Source: Candidatus Daviesbacteria bacterium
GTDB lineage: Bacteria > Patescibacteriota > Microgenomatia > Daviesbacterales > UBA10151
Assembly: GCA_016186955.1 (NCBI GenBank)
Contig: JACPKP010000011.1
Location: 12,477-76,476, forward strand
Length of the DNA: 64,000 bases
Direction of reading: 5' to 3'
A program made the translations under genes and the position numbers. The notes beneath the pieces are model-generated. The model was not told the DNA's origin and did not search any database. It saw only the letters and a list, made by a program, of their open reading frames with translations. The number at the start of each line of letters is the position of its first letter. Position 1 is the stretch's first letter. Below, in pieces: positions 46,442-56,025 of this stretch.

Positions 46442-46504
46442 ATTTACTGCCCTAAGCCATAAGTGCACTTGCAAAAATCCTTGGGTTTGAGGTAGTCTTA
46501 AAGT

Positions 46505-48316
46505 ATGGCTGCCCGGGAGTTGGTTATTAGTTCATGGTTTGTAGTTTATAGAAAAATTTTTCTCTTTTTTGTTTTACTTGTTACTTGTTACTTGTTACTT
46601 GTTACTTATCTTCCGCCCGCTTTTGCCCAGGGAACACCTCCTGCAGCAGGTACAACTTCTGCAGCCGGTACAACCCCTGCAGCTGCCCCCTGGAACGCCC
46701 AAAACCAGTCCAATTTCACCTCTCAAACCCTCCAACATGCAATCCTTTGCGACCTGGTATTTATGAGCCCATTGGGCAGGTGTGTCGGCTTTGAAAAAGA
46801 CCCGTCCAAAAAAGACGGTGTTAAAGTAAGCCTGTACGGACCGCAGTTCGGGGGAGCGCTGGGAAGTTTGACTAATATGGCGGTTGCCCTTTACCAACCC
46901 CCAACCTCCACAGTTTATTACCTGGCTGATGTGGCCAAAGGGTTTGGGATTATCACCCCAGCCTATGCCCAGGTTACCGGCTCAGGAGCAGGGATTATAG
47001 AACCTGTTAAAAAACTGTGGGAGGTGATGCGCAATTTTGCTTATCTGGCATTTATTATTATCTTTTTGGCGATCGGTTTTATGATCATGTTCAGGCAAAA
47101 ATTAAACGCCCAGACGGTTTTGACAGTCCAGGCAGCATTACCGGGGCTGGTACTGAGCCTAATCCTGGTATTTTTAAGTTATTTTATTGCAGCTTTTTTA
47201 ATTGACCTGGCTTTTTTAAGCGTCCAGATCCTGGCTTGGCTTTTTATACAAAACGGGCTGGCAAACTCTTTTGGTGATGCAGCGGGAATACAAAGCCTGG
47301 CCCAAAATTCTAATATCCTGGAACTATTTAAAAACAGCTTCCGGTTTGAAGCATTTGGAGAGGTTACGGGTGGAGTATCCGGTACTGTAAATTCAGTGTT
47401 TGGCGGGTCTGCTGCAGGACCAAATGCTTTGGCTATTATCATACCTGCAATTATCGGTTCAGTTATTGCATTTTTTATTTTTCCACCTGGAGGTTTGGTC
47501 GCACTTGGTGTTACTGCTGGTGGTGGAGCTGCTGCCGGCCTTTTGGCGCCTCTTATAATAGGCCTGCTCGTGCCTTTAATATTAATTATTGCCTTGGCTA
47601 TCCAGTTTTTTAAACTGCTTTTTAAGCTGATCATGGCTTATGTCATGTTGCTGGTGACAACAATCCTCGGCCCGCTGCTGATTTTAGTCAGCGCAGTACC
47701 CGGTAAAGGAACGTCATTGTCTTTTTGGTGGAAAAACCTGCTGGGTAATGCCCTGGTTTTTCCTGCTGTATTCGGGACTTTTTTATTTGCAGGGATGATC
47801 CTGGCCACAGACCCTTCAGCTTGGAAAGCCAGCCCCCCGCTTTTTGGCGGGCTCTCCACCGAACTTTTGAGGCTGATCATCGCTTACGGGATAATACTGG
47901 GCACACCAGCTGTACCTGATATGGTAAAAAAGATGATAGGAGCAGGGGATCTTGGAGAGATAGGCAAAACAGGCGCAGCCGGGTTCTTTGCAGGGTTTGG
48001 GGTAGGCAAGGGTGCAGGGACAGCTGGAGTTAATAGATTACTGGCGCCAACTATGCAACTTAGAAATGAGCGCAGAACCTTGCAAGAACAGGCCGCTCTT
48101 GGTAAGTTAGGTCCATTGGGTGAGGCAAGGCTTGCGGCGCTTCAAAGAGGCGCTTATAATGTTTATCCAACAGGGAAAAAGAACAAACAGGGTGAATATG
48201 AGAGGGATACCGAAGGTAACCTGGAAACCGAATCAAGGGGTAGAACATGGTGGCCAAGCAAGATCCAAAGATGGCTGGTTGAAACCGGAAATAAAGCCTG
48301 GTCAGGAAAAAAATAA
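46505..48316 (+). CDS. VirB6/TrbL-like polytopic membrane protein
   Basis: W..MRN.AY...GFMIMFR.K...LP.LV...ILV..SY.IA..LID, many TM segments, I.GPL.I...A.PG. Confidence 0.65.
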   Translation: MAARELVISSWFVVYRKIFLFFVLLVTCYLLLVTYLPPAFAQGTPPAAGTTSAAGTTPAAAPWNAQNQSNFTSQTLQHAILCDLVFMSPLGRCVGFEKDPSKKDGVKVSLYGPQFGGALGSLTNMAVALYQPPTSTVYYLADVAKGFGIITPAYAQVTGSGAGIIEPVKKLWEVMRNFAYLAFIIIFLAIGFMIMFRQKLNAQTVLTVQAALPGLVLSLILVFLSYFIAAFLIDLAFLSVQILAWLFIQNGLANSFGDAAGIQSLAQNSNILELFKNSFRFEAFGEVTGGVSGTVNSVFGGSAAGPNALAIIIPAIIGSVIAFFIFPPGGLVALGVTAGGGAAAGLLAPLIIGLLVPLILIIALAIQFFKLLFKLIMAYVMLLVTTILGPLLILVSAVPGKGTSLSFWWKNLLGNALVFPAVFGTFLFAGMILATDPSAWKASPPLFGGLSTELLRLIIAYGIILGTPAVPDMVKKMIGAGDLGEIGKTGAAGFFAGFGVGKGAGTAGVNRLLAPTMQLRNERRTLQEQAALGKLGPLGEARLAALQRGAYNVYPTGKKNKQGEYERDTEGNLETESRGRTWWPSKIQRWLVETGNKAWSGKK

Positions 48317-48444
48317 TTTACTGTTATCCTTTTTGGCTTAAACCTTGCTGAATAATTCCCTTGATAACTTCCCATATAAAAATCCCAAAAGCCTGGTCTG
48401 GTTTGAAAAAATCTTTAATCACGAGTAATTGGTTTATTAAAGAT

Positions 48445-50274
48445 TTACCCTTTCTTTCTTCCTTCACCCTTCCAGACATATTCAGCAAAATTCCTGATTA
48501 GTTTGCCTTTTTCGGTCCATTGGTCGGAATCCAAATGTTCCCACATATCCTTTACTTGAGCCAATGCTTCACTGGTAGGCACTTTTAAAAAGGTGCTCTT
48601 TAATTTATCCCTTAAATCTTCTGCATTCATTAGATTATAGATAGACCATTGGAGCATTGGGGAGATAGGGTCAAACACCCTGAAATCGATTTCCTGCCAA
48701 TCTACATTGCTTAAATCAACCAGTCTTGTATATTTAGGATCAGGAATACCATATTCGTCTACTCTAATATTTCCTGCTTCATCCCTCATATATATTTTGC
48801 CAGACCAATCATATTCATAAATACCCTTCTTTTTATCAAATTTCTTTTGCTCGGGCTTAAAACCATTAAATACTTTTTCTACCCTTTCCAGAGCTGTTTT
48901 ATCTGCTTTTACATTTAATTCTTTATCTTTTTCTGCCTCTTCTTCGGCATCTTCCCTGGTCTTCCCTTTTTCCACAAGCTCTTCTATCTTAGCCTGTTTT
49001 ATCTTGTTGAATTCAATGTCATAGATTTTCTTTGGCAGTTTCGAGGTTAAGAAATCCTGGTTGCCGATATCCACGTCTGCCATAAGCTCAGGGTGAAGAT
49101 GGTAATGGTCTTTATTTTTGATCAACCACCGCTGGAAATTAAACAACCTTCTGGCAAAAAAAACACCGCCTGTGAATTTTCCCTCAATTTTTTTATCCTG
49201 TGCAGACAGCCTGCCTGTAACCATCCAAAACCTTTCCCCAAGCCTACGCGCCCATTCCAACTCTGCATTTTCATTATAATCTGTGTTTTCTTCTTTCTTT
49301 TTTCTAAGTCTTTCAGAAAATTCAGGATCACTTTCCTTTTTTCTCTTAATTATCTTTTCTACTATCTTTTTTTGAAAATCCTCCAGGGTATCTGTTTTTG
49401 AAGCCTGGATATATTCCTGCGCCCGCAGATCATATTCAACGAAAAACTCCATCACCTCCGGAATATGGATCAAGGTGTTTAAGTATTCTGCCCTGAATTG
49501 TTGAACCAGACTGGCAACAGCTTTTACATCCTGAACACTTTCAAACCTCAAAAACATCTCCCTGAATTTTTTTCTGGCCTGCAATTCATTATTTAATCTA
49601 ATTCCTATGTCATAATTTGGATCTTTCTCGTCCGTATGATTCCTCCTATATTCAGGCTCCCTCAACGCTTCTATCATACTGTCAGCACGTCTTACTGCCC
49701 TATCCGCAGCCGGATCTCCGGCTTCAGAAGAAGCCGCTTCAGATAAAGCAAGCGCATCCCTTAGGTATTTGAATTTATTTTCTCTGCTTTCAGGAACATA
49801 AACTTTTCTCTGATACCCTGAATAAGATTCAATATAGGCTATTTCAACCGGATCCTTAAATTGGTGTGGTTTGGGGTTTTCAAGACCCGGCGGATTTGTT
49901 TCTAAATGAAAGTAGTTTTCCGCCTCGCTGCTACCCCTTAGCTCTTTATGTAGTTTTTCTAAACGGTGCCATGTTTTTTTATCATCTTCCTTAATCTTCA
50001 TAGAAGACAGTGAATTTCTATCTATACCAAATGATTTTAAACCCTCTAATAAATCCTCAAGATAATCTTTTTCTGTATCTGATATCTCTGGTTTTGTTGG
50101 ATCATATCCTATTTTAATATTTTTTGGTTCTTCTAATTGGGCCAATTGCGCACTCAATGCAGCTACCTGTTGTTCAAGGGATATAATTCTTTTATCTTTT
50201 TCTGAATCATTCTCCAGATCCGGGGAAGTTGTTGATGTTTCTAATTCTTCATCCATATATCTTTCTCTGCTCAT
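48445..50274 (-). CDS. Large charged helical hypothetical protein
   Basis: 609-aa E/K-rich ORF with SD AAGGAG; possible frameshifted tail at 48324-48449. Confidence 0.65.
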   Translation of the reverse strand: MSRERYMDEELETSTTSPDLENDSEKDKRIISLEQQVAALSAQLAQLEEPKNIKIGYDPTKPEISDTEKDYLEDLLEGLKSFGIDRNSLSSMKIKEDDKKTWHRLEKLHKELRGSSEAENYFHLETNPPGLENPKPHQFKDPVEIAYIESYSGYQRKVYVPESRENKFKYLRDALALSEAASSEAGDPAADRAVRRADSMIEALREPEYRRNHTDEKDPNYDIGIRLNNELQARKKFREMFLRFESVQDVKAVASLVQQFRAEYLNTLIHIPEVMEFFVEYDLRAQEYIQASKTDTLEDFQKKIVEKIIKRKKESDPEFSERLRKKKEENTDYNENAELEWARRLGERFWMVTGRLSAQDKKIEGKFTGGVFFARRLFNFQRWLIKNKDHYHLHPELMADVDIGNQDFLTSKLPKKIYDIEFNKIKQAKIEELVEKGKTREDAEEEAEKDKELNVKADKTALERVEKVFNGFKPEQKKFDKKKGIYEYDWSGKIYMRDEAGNIRVDEYGIPDPKYTRLVDLSNVDWQEIDFRVFDPISPMLQWSIYNLMNAEDLRDKLKSTFLKVPTSEALAQVKDMWEHLDSDQWTEKGKLIRNFAEYVWKGEGRKKG

Positions 50275-50369
50275 AATAGTCTCCTTTCTAACTTATAGTG
50301 ATTATACCACAGATCTGAGCATGAGCCGACTTTAGTGTAGCTTTAAAGGAGTAATTTTGTCAAATTATT

Positions 50370-50792
50370 TCAATCCAATCCCAATCTTGTATATCCGTTT
50401 TTGGCAAATATCTCATCAAACCCAAAAATATCCTTTGTCTCAAAATGGTCGGCAAAAGCCATCACTATACAATCTGTGAAACTGGTAGAATTTACTTCCG
50501 TTTTAAACTTTTTAAAAGATGCCTTCCGGATTTGGTCATTTATCTCCTCCATAATAAACAAGTTCGAATCTAAAATCAGGTTACCTGTTGAAATGGCTAA
50601 ATTATGGCCAAATTTTTTCCCGATAACATTCATTGTTTCCGTAAAAATATCACCTGGGGTTATTATAGTGGTGTTGTATTCATCCAGGTGTTCCGCTGTT
50701 TTAACAGCAATTTTATGGTTATTATCTGTTGGAAAGAATAAAGATATTAAAGCACTTGAGTCAGCCACTACAAAAGCCTGCTTACTCCTCAT
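50370..50792 (-). CDS. PIN-domain (VapC-like) toxin
   Basis: VADSSALI, IFTE, SFTDC, FGFD. Confidence 0.85.
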   Translation of the reverse strand: MRSKQAFVVADSSALISLFFPTDNNHKIAVKTAEHLDEYNTTIITPGDIFTETMNVIGKKFGHNLAISTGNLILDSNLFIMEEINDQIRKASFKKFKTEVNSTSFTDCIVMAFADHFETKDIFGFDEIFAKNGYTRLGLD

Positions 50793-51030
50793 AAAGGTAT
50801 TTATCTATATTTGCAGACAGGTCTGGTGGACCCTTAATTTTTAATTTTTCCCCTAACTCTGCTAAAGCCAGCAACCCCTTTTTTGTGTTTGGTTTACGGG
50901 GGGATATAATCTTTAATCCTTTAGATAAAGCCTCTCTTATAACCTCCGCCTTTGGTTTATTGTTACTTTGCGCCAAAATCTGGATATCCCTATTGAGTTC
51001 TTGAGTGAGATAAACCTGTGTCCTGATCAT
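50782..51030 (-). CDS. RHH antitoxin (VapB-like)
   Basis: MIRTQVYL...KAEVIREAL, GPPDLSANIDKYLY. Confidence 0.82.
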   Translation of the reverse strand: MIRTQVYLTQELNRDIQILAQSNNKPKAEVIREALSKGLKIISPRKPNTKKGLLALAELGEKLKIKGPPDLSANIDKYLYEE

Positions 51031-51065
51031 ATATGTCTAATGTATAACATATGTCTGCTGGTTTG

Positions 51066-52073
51066 TCAAAGATATGATGACTTTTTATAAGTTAAGGTGC
51101 CTTTACATTTATAGCAGATGGATGTGCAGCAGTTTTCTACCTGGCAACTTGAACACCAGTTTTTTTTACTCTCGCTTAAAGTGACTGGCGGAAAATAGTA
51201 ATCCATACCAAGCATGGGTTGCATAAACATACCCCCAAAGTCAAAAACCGAGCAATTTGTCCTGATCTCCATGGGAGCAAACATAAACTCCATAGGATTT
51301 GGGCCGAAAAAGGCGCCAAAAAGCAGCCCGGAGTGGTATTTTTTTAAGGATTCCCCGCTCATGCCAACCTTAATCGCTTCCAGATACCTTCCGGCATTGA
51401 CTGAAGATAATCTGTTTGTTTCTTCCTCTATGTAGTTAAAGTTTAACCCTGGCCTTTCTTTGGATAACCCCAAAATCAGGGTTTGCACCTCGGCGTCCTT
51501 GATCTTGCCATTTCTCCCTCCTACAGATGTAATAATCAGGTCAGGTTCAGATTCAGGATCAACAACTTTCTTTGAAGACAATAAGTTCATCAGGACTGCT
51601 GCATCATGGCTGTCTAGCGCACCAGACTGGAACTGCCTGAAACTTACATAACCCTCGTTTACTTTTTCAGCCAAATTTATCTGTGTATCCATATACCCGT
51701 CGCCTTTAGGGGAAACCCAAATAACAGATTCCCCAATCCCGGCGTCAAATATCCTTTGCCGGTAATTTATGGCTGACCGGTATTCAGCGCCCCTTCTGAA
51801 CTCTTTATCAATACCCTCCAAAATATCTTTACCGCTGTACCTGTCTGAAGAATGCACCAACCTTTTTTCACCAAAAACCTCCTCTATAAAATACGCATCG
51901 TTATATGGCTTTAGGGTTTTTGAGGCTTCCCAGGTCTGGGAACGGAAGTTGTCTTTAAAAACATCAAGGGCTATTTTTTCCCCTACCCCAACCCCGTACA
52001 CCCTAAGGGTCTGGTGGTAAAAATTAACGTCTTTGTTGACGTCAAAAGTGTGGCTTACCGGGGAAAATTCCAT
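51066..52073 (-). CDS. Hypothetical protein with a C-terminal zinc ribbon
   Basis: VIWVSP motif; C-terminal CSSC....CC...CYKC. Confidence 0.6.
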   Translation of the reverse strand: MEFSPVSHTFDVNKDVNFYHQTLRVYGVGVGEKIALDVFKDNFRSQTWEASKTLKPYNDAYFIEEVFGEKRLVHSSDRYSGKDILEGIDKEFRRGAEYRSAINYRQRIFDAGIGESVIWVSPKGDGYMDTQINLAEKVNEGYVSFRQFQSGALDSHDAAVLMNLLSSKKVVDPESEPDLIITSVGGRNGKIKDAEVQTLILGLSKERPGLNFNYIEEETNRLSSVNAGRYLEAIKVGMSGESLKKYHSGLLFGAFFGPNPMEFMFAPMEIRTNCSVFDFGGMFMQPMLGMDYYFPPVTLSESKKNWCSSCQVENCCTSICYKCKGTLTYKKSSYL

Positions 52074-52297
52074 GGAAAATATAATCTATATTGATCTTTA
52101 CGCTTTGTCAATACGCTGTATATTGTGGTAGAGGAATGTGACTTTCTGATCCAGTTTGAGTGTCTAGACTATAAAATTTTCACGCAGTATAAAAAAAGCT
52201 GCTAGATAGATAGGTTCTAGTTTCTAGTAGAAATATGTGGATAAAGTCATATGATCGGTAAACTAGCACCTAGAAGCTAGTAACTAAAAGCTAATTT

Positions 52298-53377
52298 ATG
52301 GAAGCACATCCTGTCCCGCAAAATATAACCAATTTTGAATTCCACCTGGTTGGGGATATGACCTTAAAACAATTCGGGTATCTGGCTGGAGGTTTGGGGT
52401 TTGCATATATGATCTTTTTCCTTTTTGCCACCTCATTCCCGTTTGTTGCCTGGCCAATTGTCATAATTTCAGTAATCATCGGAATATCGTTTGCTTTTTT
52501 ACCCATCCAGGAACGCCCTCTTGACCATTGGGTTAGCGCTTTTTTTAAAGCTATTTTTAGGCCGACAAAATTTAATTATAAATCTGACATCGTTATAAAA
52601 GAGGACCCTTTTTTTAAAAAAAGGTTAGAATTTTTTCTCTCACAATTATCTGCAACCCCTGTAATTGGGCTTTCATGGGGGGATACACCTACTATAACTC
52701 CGCCTCCCCAACCTAAACCTGTTATAAAACCCGCCGTACAAGAGGTTAAAAAGGAAGCTGTCTCTCCGGCTGAACCTGTCAAACTCCCTGCCCCTGCTGA
52801 CTCTAAACTTCCAACCCAGGAAGACCTGAAAGCAACAGTCGAGCTGGCTGATAAAGCCCAAATAATCCGTAAAAAAATTACAGAAACAGAAGAGCAGTTA
52901 AGCCGGGTAAAAGCAAGGGCGATAGCGCCCGGAGAAGATAAAGAACTATTTGCTAAAGATTTCCAGGTTATTTTAAACAACCTGCAAAAATTAAACAGTG
53001 AAGCCGGCGAAATATCAAAAAAACTGGCAGTGCTTTCCAAAACGCCTATCAAAACACCAGCCATTGCCACCCCGGCAAAAAGCATGCCAACAATCAGTTT
53101 AACTGCTGTCCCTAATATCTTAAACGGGATTGTGACAGACCTTCAGGGAAATTATATAGAGGGTGCAATCCTGGTAGCCCATGACAAACAAAATTTACCT
53201 GTCCGGGCTTTAAAAACCAATAAGCTTGGCCAATTTATTGCCGCCACCCCCCTGCCCAACGGCGACTATGTTGTCACCTGCGAAAAAGATAATTTAATTT
53301 TTGACGTTATAAAAATAGAATTTTCAGGACAGGTGCTGCAACCTGTGATAATTTCAGCTAAAAAAGGAGCGCTCTGA
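52298..53377 (+). CDS. prgI: PrgI-family protein with a C-terminal carboxypeptidase-regulatory-like domain
   Basis: HPVPQNI..FEF.LVG.MTLKQF.Y, two TM segments, RPL..W; G..IEGA....KTNKLGQF. Confidence 0.8.
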   Translation: MEAHPVPQNITNFEFHLVGDMTLKQFGYLAGGLGFAYMIFFLFATSFPFVAWPIVIISVIIGISFAFLPIQERPLDHWVSAFFKAIFRPTKFNYKSDIVIKEDPFFKKRLEFFLSQLSATPVIGLSWGDTPTITPPPQPKPVIKPAVQEVKKEAVSPAEPVKLPAPADSKLPTQEDLKATVELADKAQIIRKKITETEEQLSRVKARAIAPGEDKELFAKDFQVILNNLQKLNSEAGEISKKLAVLSKTPIKTPAIATPAKSMPTISLTAVPNILNGIVTDLQGNYIEGAILVAHDKQNLPVRALKTNKLGQFIAATPLPNGDYVVTCEKDNLIFDVIKIEFSGQVLQPVIISAKKGAL

Positions 53378-54183
53378 TGGATACCACACAAAATTACCTG
53401 CCAATCAAAGATATTTTAAATGATTTAATTATTTTAAAAGACGGTAGTGTTTCTTGTGTGATTAAAACTTCCGCAGTCAACTTCGGTCTGATTTCAGAAA
53501 ATGAGCAGCTGGCGATTATATCCTCCTTTGCAGGACTTTTAAATTCATTGTCTTTTTCTATACAGCTGGTGATACGTTCAAAAAGGCTTGATATATCAAG
53601 CTATCTGAAACTGCTTGATGAATCAAGGAATAAACAAAACAACCCGCTGCTGCGTGATATGATGGGGCGTTACCGTACTTTTATTGAAAGTGTGATCAGG
53701 GAAAATGAGGTTTTAGATAAACAGTTTTATGTGGTGATCTCTGTTTCATACCTGGAGTTGGGGGTTATCAATAATATAGAAAAGCATTTCTCTAAAGCTA
53801 TAACAATACTCCTGCCAAGAAGGGATCATGTAATAAGGCAGCTTGAAAGAATCGGCCTTAAGGCAACTCAACTCAACACAGAAGCTCTAACCAGGCTTTT
53901 TTTTGATATTTTCAACGGGGACGGGCAACAACAACCAGACCGGAAACTTCAGGTTGAACCACTAATCACACAACCACAAACATCAGTACCAAAGGCTGCT
54001 GTGTTACTAAAACCACAAGTACAACCGCAGGCACAAACCCAACCAAAAAATCCACCGCCACAGCCGCAAACCATCAAAACACAATTTTCCCCGCCTGTCA
54101 TAAATGACCAACCAAAACCTGTCACCAGGTCATCCATGCCTTTTGTTGTAGAAGAACTGCCTGATGAATACAGCAGTGTATAA
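53377..54183 (+). CDS. T4SS-associated TraC/VirB4-N-like protein
   Basis: TQ.YLPI.DI.ND.I.LKDG, VNFGL.SE.EQ.AII..F..LLNSL.F.IQ; lies between prgI and the ATPase. Confidence 0.65.
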   Translation: MDTTQNYLPIKDILNDLIILKDGSVSCVIKTSAVNFGLISENEQLAIISSFAGLLNSLSFSIQLVIRSKRLDISSYLKLLDESRNKQNNPLLRDMMGRYRTFIESVIRENEVLDKQFYVVISVSYLELGVINNIEKHFSKAITILLPRRDHVIRQLERIGLKATQLNTEALTRLFFDIFNGDGQQQPDRKLQVEPLITQPQTSVPKAAVLLKPQVQPQAQTQPKNPPPQPQTIKTQFSPPVINDQPKPVTRSSMPFVVEELPDEYSSV

Positions 54184-54232
54184 TAATTTTAAGCTGTTGT
54201 TTTACAATTTACGTTTTTAGTTTTTCGTTATT

Positions 54233-56020
54233 ATGGACATATCTTTTGTCACACCACCTAAGCCAAAAACACCCAAACAGGATTGGCCGCCTGGGGGAAA
54301 AACAGGCGGCAAACTCTCTATTGCTGATGTGCTGGCGCCGGCAGAGGTAGAGGTTGATTTTTCTTTTCTCAGGATCAACAACTCACTTTACAGGTCTTTC
54401 TTTGTTTCAGCTTACCCCCGGTACGCTGAACCAAATTGGCTTGAGCCTTTGATTGATTTTGACCATTCACTGGATATTTCAATGTTTATCTATCCCTCAA
54501 CCTCAAAAACAGTCCTGGATGACTTAAAAAGAAAGATAGCTGAGATGGAAGCCACCATCCAAACGGATATCGAAAGAGGGAGGGCTATAAATCCATCAGT
54601 GCAGGTAGCGCTTGATGATGCCAGGGCATTGCAAGACCAACTCGTAAAAGGGTCTGAAAGGTTTTTTAGGCTGGGGCTTTATATAACAGTGCCTGTGCAA
54701 AAAAAGCCCGCAGCTGATGAAGATTTAAACAATATCTCTGAGCTGGTAGAATCTACACTGGGATCCATCTCTATAACCGCCAAAAAAACCACACTCCAGA
54801 TGGAAGATGCTTTTATCTCCACTATACCTTTGGGTATAGATAGGTTGAACCTAAACCATAATATGGATACCACCTCACTTGCCACCACATTCCCTTTTAC
54901 TACATCGGAACTGACTGCAAATGAAGGGATTATGTACGGAATTAATGAACACAACGGGTCTTTGGTGGTGTTTGACAGGTTTTCCCTGGAAAACTATAAC
55001 TCTGTAGTTTTTGCAAAAGCCGGCGCCGGTAAGTCTTATTTTGTCAAGTTGGAAATTTTAAGATCCCTTATGTTTAATACACAGGTGATTGTAATTGACC
55101 CTGAGCATGAATATATTAAGCTTAGTGAGGCTGTCGGGGGAGAGTATATAAATTTCACATCAGAATCACCTGTTAAAATAAACCCTTTTGACCTCTCTAA
55201 TGTTTTAGAAAGCGGTGAAAATGAACTGGGCAGAAAAATATTAACCTTAACCGGTTTTTTAAAGCTGGTTTTAGGGGAATTAACTTCTTCACAATCCGCT
55301 GTCTTAGATAGGGCGTTATCTAACACTTACCGTCTTAAAGGGATTACCGCTGACCCCCAAACACAAAAACTGGCGCCTCCTTTAATGGAAGATTTGTATA
55401 AAGTTTTAATCGGGATGGAGGACCCTAATGCTAAAGAACTGGCATTCAGGCTGGAAAGGTTTATTAAGGGGTCGTTGGCAGGAATATTTTCTGCACCCTC
55501 AAATATTAACCTTAATAACCAAATGGTGGTTTTTTCAGTCAGGGACCTGGCTGACCAGCTCCGCCCTTTAGCTATGTACTTAATACTTGATTATATCTGG
55601 ACAAAAATCAGGGCAAACCTGCAAAAAAGGCTACTGGTTGTTGATGAAGCCTGGTATATGATGAAAAACCCTGATAGCGCGCAGTTTTTAGTAGAGATGG
55701 CCAAAAGGGCCAGGAAATATTATCTCGGGGTCACCACTATTACCCAGGATGTTGAGGATTTCCTGGCAGAAGACAGGGGTAAAGAAATTATTTCTAATTC
55801 ATCAATACAAACCCTGTTAAAACAAAGTCCTTCTTCAATTGATAAAATAGGACAAGTTTTTAACCTGTCAGAAGGGGAAAAACACCTGCTTTTATCTGCA
55901 GGTGTAGGCCAAGGCCTTTTCTTTGCCGGCCCTTCGCATGTAGCCATCCAGATAGTGGCCTCACCTGAAGAACACCAGCTGATCACCTCCAACCCTGCTG
56001 AACTTATAGCTAAAAACTAA
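54233..56020 (+). CDS. virB4: VirB4-family ATPase
   Basis: AKAGAGKS Walker A, IDPE.EY, INPF, LLVVDEAW Walker B, R.RKY..G...ITQ. Confidence 0.88.
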   Translation: MDISFVTPPKPKTPKQDWPPGGKTGGKLSIADVLAPAEVEVDFSFLRINNSLYRSFFVSAYPRYAEPNWLEPLIDFDHSLDISMFIYPSTSKTVLDDLKRKIAEMEATIQTDIERGRAINPSVQVALDDARALQDQLVKGSERFFRLGLYITVPVQKKPAADEDLNNISELVESTLGSISITAKKTTLQMEDAFISTIPLGIDRLNLNHNMDTTSLATTFPFTTSELTANEGIMYGINEHNGSLVVFDRFSLENYNSVVFAKAGAGKSYFVKLEILRSLMFNTQVIVIDPEHEYIKLSEAVGGEYINFTSESPVKINPFDLSNVLESGENELGRKILTLTGFLKLVLGELTSSQSAVLDRALSNTYRLKGITADPQTQKLAPPLMEDLYKVLIGMEDPNAKELAFRLERFIKGSLAGIFSAPSNINLNNQMVVFSVRDLADQLRPLAMYLILDYIWTKIRANLQKRLLVVDEAWYMMKNPDSAQFLVEMAKRARKYYLGVTTITQDVEDFLAEDRGKEIISNSSIQTLLKQSPSSIDKIGQVFNLSEGEKHLLLSAGVGQGLFFAGPSHVAIQIVASPEEHQLITSNPAELIAKN

Positions 56021-56025
56021 CTAAA

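Noticed and set aside
44623-47880. Several 80-150 aa minus-strand ORFs
   Set aside because: Shadows of Gly/Ala/Pro-rich plus-strand genes.
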